Positions 60,456-64,000 of a stretch of DNA of 64,000 nt are shown piece after piece. The notes beneath the pieces are model-generated. The model had not been told where the DNA came from, made no database searches, and was given only the letters and a program-made list of their open reading frames with translations. Both the position numbers and the translations under genes were made by a program. The DNA is taken from IMG/VR virus record IMGVR_UViG_3300037419_003078; one strand, 5' to 3'. The number at the start of each line of letters is the position of its first letter. Position 1 is the stretch's first letter. This DNA is from an uncultured virus (IMG/VR IMGVR_UViG_3300037419_003078). Lineage: Duplodnaviria; Heunggongvirae; Uroviricota; Caudoviricetes.

Positions 60456-60487
60456 AGTATATCATATCAGTTTTCAACTGTCAACTG
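60456..60487 (-). promoter_or_regulatory. sigmaA promoter with CAGTT-N10-AACTG operator-like repeat
   Basis: TTGACA-N17-TATACT; repeat 60468-60487. Confidence 0.7.
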
Positions 60488-60505
60488 TTTTTTTATAATT
60501 TATTA

Positions 60506-60748
60506 TTATACTGTAATCATTCCACAGGTTATTTCTAAGGAACGATATGGATTTTTTCCTTCATCTTTGAACTCGTAAAATACTCCGAATACCTCTAGTT
60601 CGCCTAGACCTTTTATGTTTAACGTATCACCACTACATATTTCCATTCCTAGTACATCTTCTGCGTTCTTGACTCGATACCATTTCTTATTAACAGTATC
60701 GCCTTCAAGTTCTTCTTCATAGACTTTCAATGTAACAATATGATACAA
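60506..60748 (-). CDS. paralog family B member
   Basis: VKNAE...GDTLNIKGLGELEV. Confidence 0.6.
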   Translation of the reverse strand: MYHIVTLKVYEEELEGDTVNKKWYRVKNAEDVLGMEICSGDTLNIKGLGELEVFGVFYEFKDEGKNPYRSLEITCGMITV

Positions 60749-60770
60749 GGCGACCTCCCCCTATCGTCTA

Positions 60771-61010
60771 TTATTCTACTATTTCACAAGATATTGCTAT
60801 CTCTTGATATAAATAGTTCATTTGTGGGTAATCGTAGTTGTCTATGTTTAATGATATTACTTCTAATTCTCCTAGCCCTTTTAGATAGAGAACATCACCT
60901 TCTTTTAACGCTATAATTTTTTCTAGATGATGTTCTGCATTTCTAATTGGAAAGGTTTTATGAGCGTGTTCTATACAAAAGTAAGCATAGCAGTCATAGT
61001 TATTCATCAT
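60771..61010 (-). CDS. paralog family B member
   Basis: IRNAE...GDVLYLKGLGELEV. Confidence 0.6.
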   Translation of the reverse strand: MMNNYDCYAYFCIEHAHKTFPIRNAEHHLEKIIALKEGDVLYLKGLGELEVISLNIDNYDYPQMNYLYQEIAISCEIVE

Positions 61011-61027
61011 ATCACCTTCAATCTTTT

Positions 61028-61525
61028 TTATATTATACCATAATCGTCAAAGTCGTCTGCTATTTCATCTAAATAATAATTTGTATCCTCTTTTTTTACA
61101 ACTCTTATGAAGTGTATATAGTAGTCATATATTTCTTGGTCTTTTCTTTGGCAAAGAGAACGATAACTAAACTTGTATTCTTTACCGTCTAATTTTAGAC
61201 TTAATTCTCTATCATACTCATTTGTTTTCTCAATTAGAAATTGACTGTTTTTTACTGGATAATGTTCTCCATTTATAACTAGATAAGCTTTTTCAGGTTT
61301 TGGTGTATTAACGTGACATCTAATACATTCTACGTTATTCTCAGAGCAATTAGAACATTTTCTTTGACCACAATGAGTACATTCTGTCATACAGTCGTAA
61401 CACATTACATCACCACAATCGTCACAAAAGCTAGCGTCCATTTCATATATTATACTACTGCAACTACATCTAACTGATGGACTAGTAATAGTTAAGCTAT
61501 TCATGTATCTAGGCAATCTAATCAT
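61028..61525 (-). CDS. multi-CxxC Zn-finger protein
   Basis: five CxxC pairs plus CSC in N-terminal half. Confidence 0.65.
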   Translation of the reverse strand: MIRLPRYMNSLTITSPSVRCSCSSIIYEMDASFCDDCGDVMCYDCMTECTHCGQRKCSNCSENNVECIRCHVNTPKPEKAYLVINGEHYPVKNSQFLIEKTNEYDRELSLKLDGKEYKFSYRSLCQRKDQEIYDYYIHFIRVVKKEDTNYYLDEIADDFDDYGII

Positions 61526-61529
61526 CTAA

Positions 61530-61799
61530 TCACTCCTCATTGAAGTATTCCTCTTTTGCTTTTTCGTATACTCTTAATGGTATTTTATCTGCTAATTGAA
61601 AGGCTATTCTTTCATCTAATTCAAGAACTTCAATTAATCCTTCAATCTTGTCTTCATTGGGTATAATCGAACCACGCTCAATTTCCATAGCATACTGTGG
61701 TGTAATTCCTACTCGTCTAGCCATCTCACTTCTTGTTAGATTTTTTTCTGCTCTCTTTGCTTTAATTAAGTCTGCGAATGTATTTACCATGTTGCTCAT
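61530..61799 (-). CDS. XRE/Cro-C1 HTH regulator
   Basis: IKAKR...LTRSEMARRVGITPQYAMEIERG...P. Confidence 0.88.
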   Translation of the reverse strand: MSNMVNTFADLIKAKRAEKNLTRSEMARRVGITPQYAMEIERGSIIPNEDKIEGLIEVLELDERIAFQLADKIPLRVYEKAKEEYFNEE

Positions 61800-62059
61800 G
61801 TCTTACTACCTCCTTTTTCAATATTATACTCTTTTAGTTGATTATTGTCAACAGTTATTTTATTTCTTTCTCTGTCATATTTTACGTTGCTTAAAGCGTC
61901 ATTAATTGAGTCCACCATGACTTCACTAATACAGTATTCAACTCCACCTGTAGCAATTCTTAATTCTTCTCTAGTTAATTCTAAGCCTTGTTCATTCGCA
62001 TGGTCTAATATTTGATTTTCAATCATTTTCCTAAAAGTGTTTGGATATTTCATAATCAA
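61796..62059 (-). CDS. hypothetical protein
   Basis: RBS GAGGAGTGG. Confidence 0.55.
   Translation of the reverse strand: MIMKYPNTFRKMIENQILDHANEQGLELTREELRIATGGVEYCISEVMVDSINDALSNVKYDRERNKITVDNNQLKEYNIEKGGSKT
61823..61852 (-). promoter_or_regulatory. sigmaA promoter of XRE gene with GTTGA-N6-TCAAC inverted repeat
   Basis: TTGACA-N17-TATAAT; repeat 61837-61852. Confidence 0.7.
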
Positions 62060-62081
62060 CCACTCCTCTTATAGTTTAATA

Positions 62082-62291
62082 TTAAAGTACAAAACTCTTA
62101 TCTACTTTATGCTCTACTCTTGAAATACTTCTATCTATCGCCTTGATAACCTTCTCTAATACTTCTTCATTGTAGTCATCTAATTTTCCTACAAATTCAA
62201 CTGCTAATCCAAACTCATGTGGTTCACAATTAGATGTGTATATTATAGTAGTACCGTCATATTCCACTTCATATTTGTACATATTCAACAC
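62082..62291 (-). CDS. paralog family C member
   Basis: KY....D.....S.CE..F...V...DYN. Confidence 0.55.
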   Translation of the reverse strand: MLNMYKYEVEYDGTTIIYTSNCEPHEFGLAVEFVGKLDDYNEEVLEKVIKAIDRSISRVEHKVDKSFVL

Positions 62292-62326
62292 TCCTTATAG
62301 TATATTTTTATATCTTAATTTTATTC

Positions 62327-62782
62327 TTAAAAGTGAAAATCTTTGTTCGTACTTTTGTCTAAGTATTCTGCTTTATATCCTAACATTCTAATTATTTCAA
62401 CAACTTGGTCTACGTTGTAATCTACACCATTTTCTTTTACCATGACTACAACTTTTTCAAATAAATCTTGTTCGCAATCAGTCTCAATAACAACCTTTTC
62501 ATTATCCATCAATAGACCATATTTATTTTCCATCATAGGTGATTCCTCCTTAGAGTCTAATTTTAAACTATTGTATGCTTTTGTTATTTCATGTTTAGAC
62601 ATTTCAAATACTCTTTTTCCGTGGTCAATATCCATCACTACTATATCATACATCTTATTTTTCAGTTTTGATTTTATAAGCATATGAAAGTATTCATCAC
62701 TACCATCATCTACTTGACCATATCCTAAATTCATCAATCTATCTTTTTCTTCTGCCATTTGTATCTTATCCATATTAATCAC
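62327..62782 (-). CDS. hypothetical protein with C-terminal family C domain
   Basis: KY...D....TDCE..F...V...DYN. Confidence 0.55.
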   Translation of the reverse strand: MINMDKIQMAEEKDRLMNLGYGQVDDGSDEYFHMLIKSKLKNKMYDIVVMDIDHGKRVFEMSKHEITKAYNSLKLDSKEESPMMENKYGLLMDNEKVVIETDCEQDLFEKVVVMVKENGVDYNVDQVVEIIRMLGYKAEYLDKSTNKDFHF

Positions 62783-62971
62783 TCCTTATATGATTTCAAT
62801 TTTGTCTAATTCATCTTTTGTTACAACAACTGCGTATTTATTACTGTATTCAAAGTCTATCCATACACCTGAATTGACATAAACTATTGTTCCAATCTTA
62901 CCTTTATATTTAACTTTCATACCTTTTTTAAGTTGTTCCATACTAATCACTCCTTAAAGTTTATTTTTAGA

Positions 62972-63250
62972 TTACATATATCTAAAAAACTTCTCTACAT
63001 TTTCGCTTTCTGATTCGTCATAACTTAGAATACATTGTGTTAACTCATACTTGTTGTATCTGTCTCTATGTGCATTATATCCATCTTCACCATCATATCT
63101 CTCTATTACTTCATTAATAAATTCTTCTGCTTGTTCTCTAGACTCTAAGCCAAACTTAGATTTATAAGAATCGCAACTTCCACTGTGCCACTGTCCACTC
63201 ATTTGTCTGTCAAATATTTTAACCAATGCTAACCATTTCATAAACATCAC
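62972..63250 (-). CDS. hypothetical protein
   Basis: RBS AAGGAGTG. Confidence 0.55.
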   Translation of the reverse strand: MMFMKWLALVKIFDRQMSGQWHSGSCDSYKSKFGLESREQAEEFINEVIERYDGEDGYNAHRDRYNKYELTQCILSYDESESENVEKFFRYM

Positions 63251-63287
63251 TCCTTAGAGTATAATTTTAAATCCCAAAGAGCTAGCA

Positions 63288-64000
63288 TTAGCTAACTCTA
63301 TGTCCATCACAATCTGCTAATTCATCTTTTAAATCATCACTCATGTAAGCGTTCATGATGTCAGTATAACAACCACCGCAAACTCTTTCATCTTTTGGAT
63401 TGCTTGAGTTGAAACTTGCCATCTTTTCTTCATCTGTCAACCATTCACCACACTCATAGCATAGTTCTTCATCTACTAATCCACTTCCATCATCTGCGTC
63501 AGTTATATCATCATTTGAGTAAATCATTACCTCACCTGTAACAGTGTCGATTTCACCTTCCAATACAAGTCCTTTACTATCTTTAGCAGTGACCGATTGG
63601 TACGAACTATTGTAGCCTGTTCCTGTCGTTGTTTTAGTAGTTGAAGTCGTGTTACTTTTATAGCTATTGCTAGTGTATGTGTAGCTAGATGACTCAATGT
63701 AAAATCGTTCCTCCTTACTGATAGCGTCTTCTACAGTTGTAGCATTAGCGTTAATATTGAAGTAACGGTCAGGTGTAACTTTCATAATTTCTACTGTCTG
63801 TTTAGCATTAGTAATGCCTAATGTTTGACCTGCACGTTCTAACTTACGGAACGCTTTTGTGATATAATCATCAATAGAGTTGAAGATGATAATTCCTGCC
63901 TCTTTCCAATAAGCTAAATGCATTGGCTTATCTTGTTTGATTAAGTGTAGCATATTAGGACTGTTTTTATGCACGAACGCTAGTGCGAATAATCCACGAA
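63288..64000 (-). CDS. C-terminal part of a second class II glutamine amidotransferase (5'-truncated by window)
   Basis: frame stays open to the window end: RGLFALAFVHKNSPNMLHL...LAYWKEAGIIIFNS aligns with SGVYAVAFVRKEERNILNY...FAYIPELNITVFAS of 57228-58391; C-terminal CxxC pairs. Confidence 0.65.
   Translation of the reverse strand, partial: RGLFALAFVHKNSPNMLHLIKQDKPMHLAYWKEAGIIIFNSIDDYITKAFRKLERAGQTLGITNAKQTVEIMKVTPDRYFNINANATTVEDAISKEERFYIESSSYTYTSNSYKSNTTSTTKTTTGTGYNSSYQSVTAKDSKGLVLEGEIDTVTGEVMIYSNDDITDADDGSGLVDEELCYECGEWLTDEEKMASFNSSNPKDERVCGGCYTDIMNAYMSDDLKDELADCDGHRVS

Noticed and set aside
1..64000. tRNA, rRNA, CRISPR arrays, IS elements, integrase, virion genes
   Set aside because: None recognised by eye; short intergenic spaces leave little room, but no covariance search was run.

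Overview
AT-rich, gene-dense 64 kb segment of a large Bacillota (Bacillus-like) extrachromosomal replicon. Its content is typical of a large phage, but no virion genes lie in the window, so phage versus phage-plasmid versus megaplasmid cannot be settled here. The left arm (1-37.4 kb, + strand) has a replication and nucleotide module (primase, DnaE, sigma factor, RecB/Cas4-like nuclease, ERF, RusA, HD, GMK, HAD, class Ib nrdIEF, thioredoxin-like protein, patatin). It also has a glycosylation cassette (2 GT-B, FkbM methyltransferase, NDP-sugar pyrophosphorylase) and a ParM/ParR-like pair. The ParM/ParR-like pair leads directly into a streamlined type IV secretion/conjugation locus: VirB2-like pilin, VirB6-like, PrgI, VirB4 and VirD4-like coupling ATPase. 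The right arm (37.4-64 kb, - strand) holds many small early-type genes behind strong sigmaA promoters. These include a PRPS-like + NAMPT-like pair (NARP1-like NAD+ reconstitution), NADAR, RuvB, an amidoligase with two class II glutamine amidotransferases, and several tandem paralog families. A lone + strand Replic_Relax/MOBC-like relaxase sits inside this arm. The most striking feature is an apparently conjugative, actin-partitioned phage-like replicon. All calls come from motif reading only; no searches were run.
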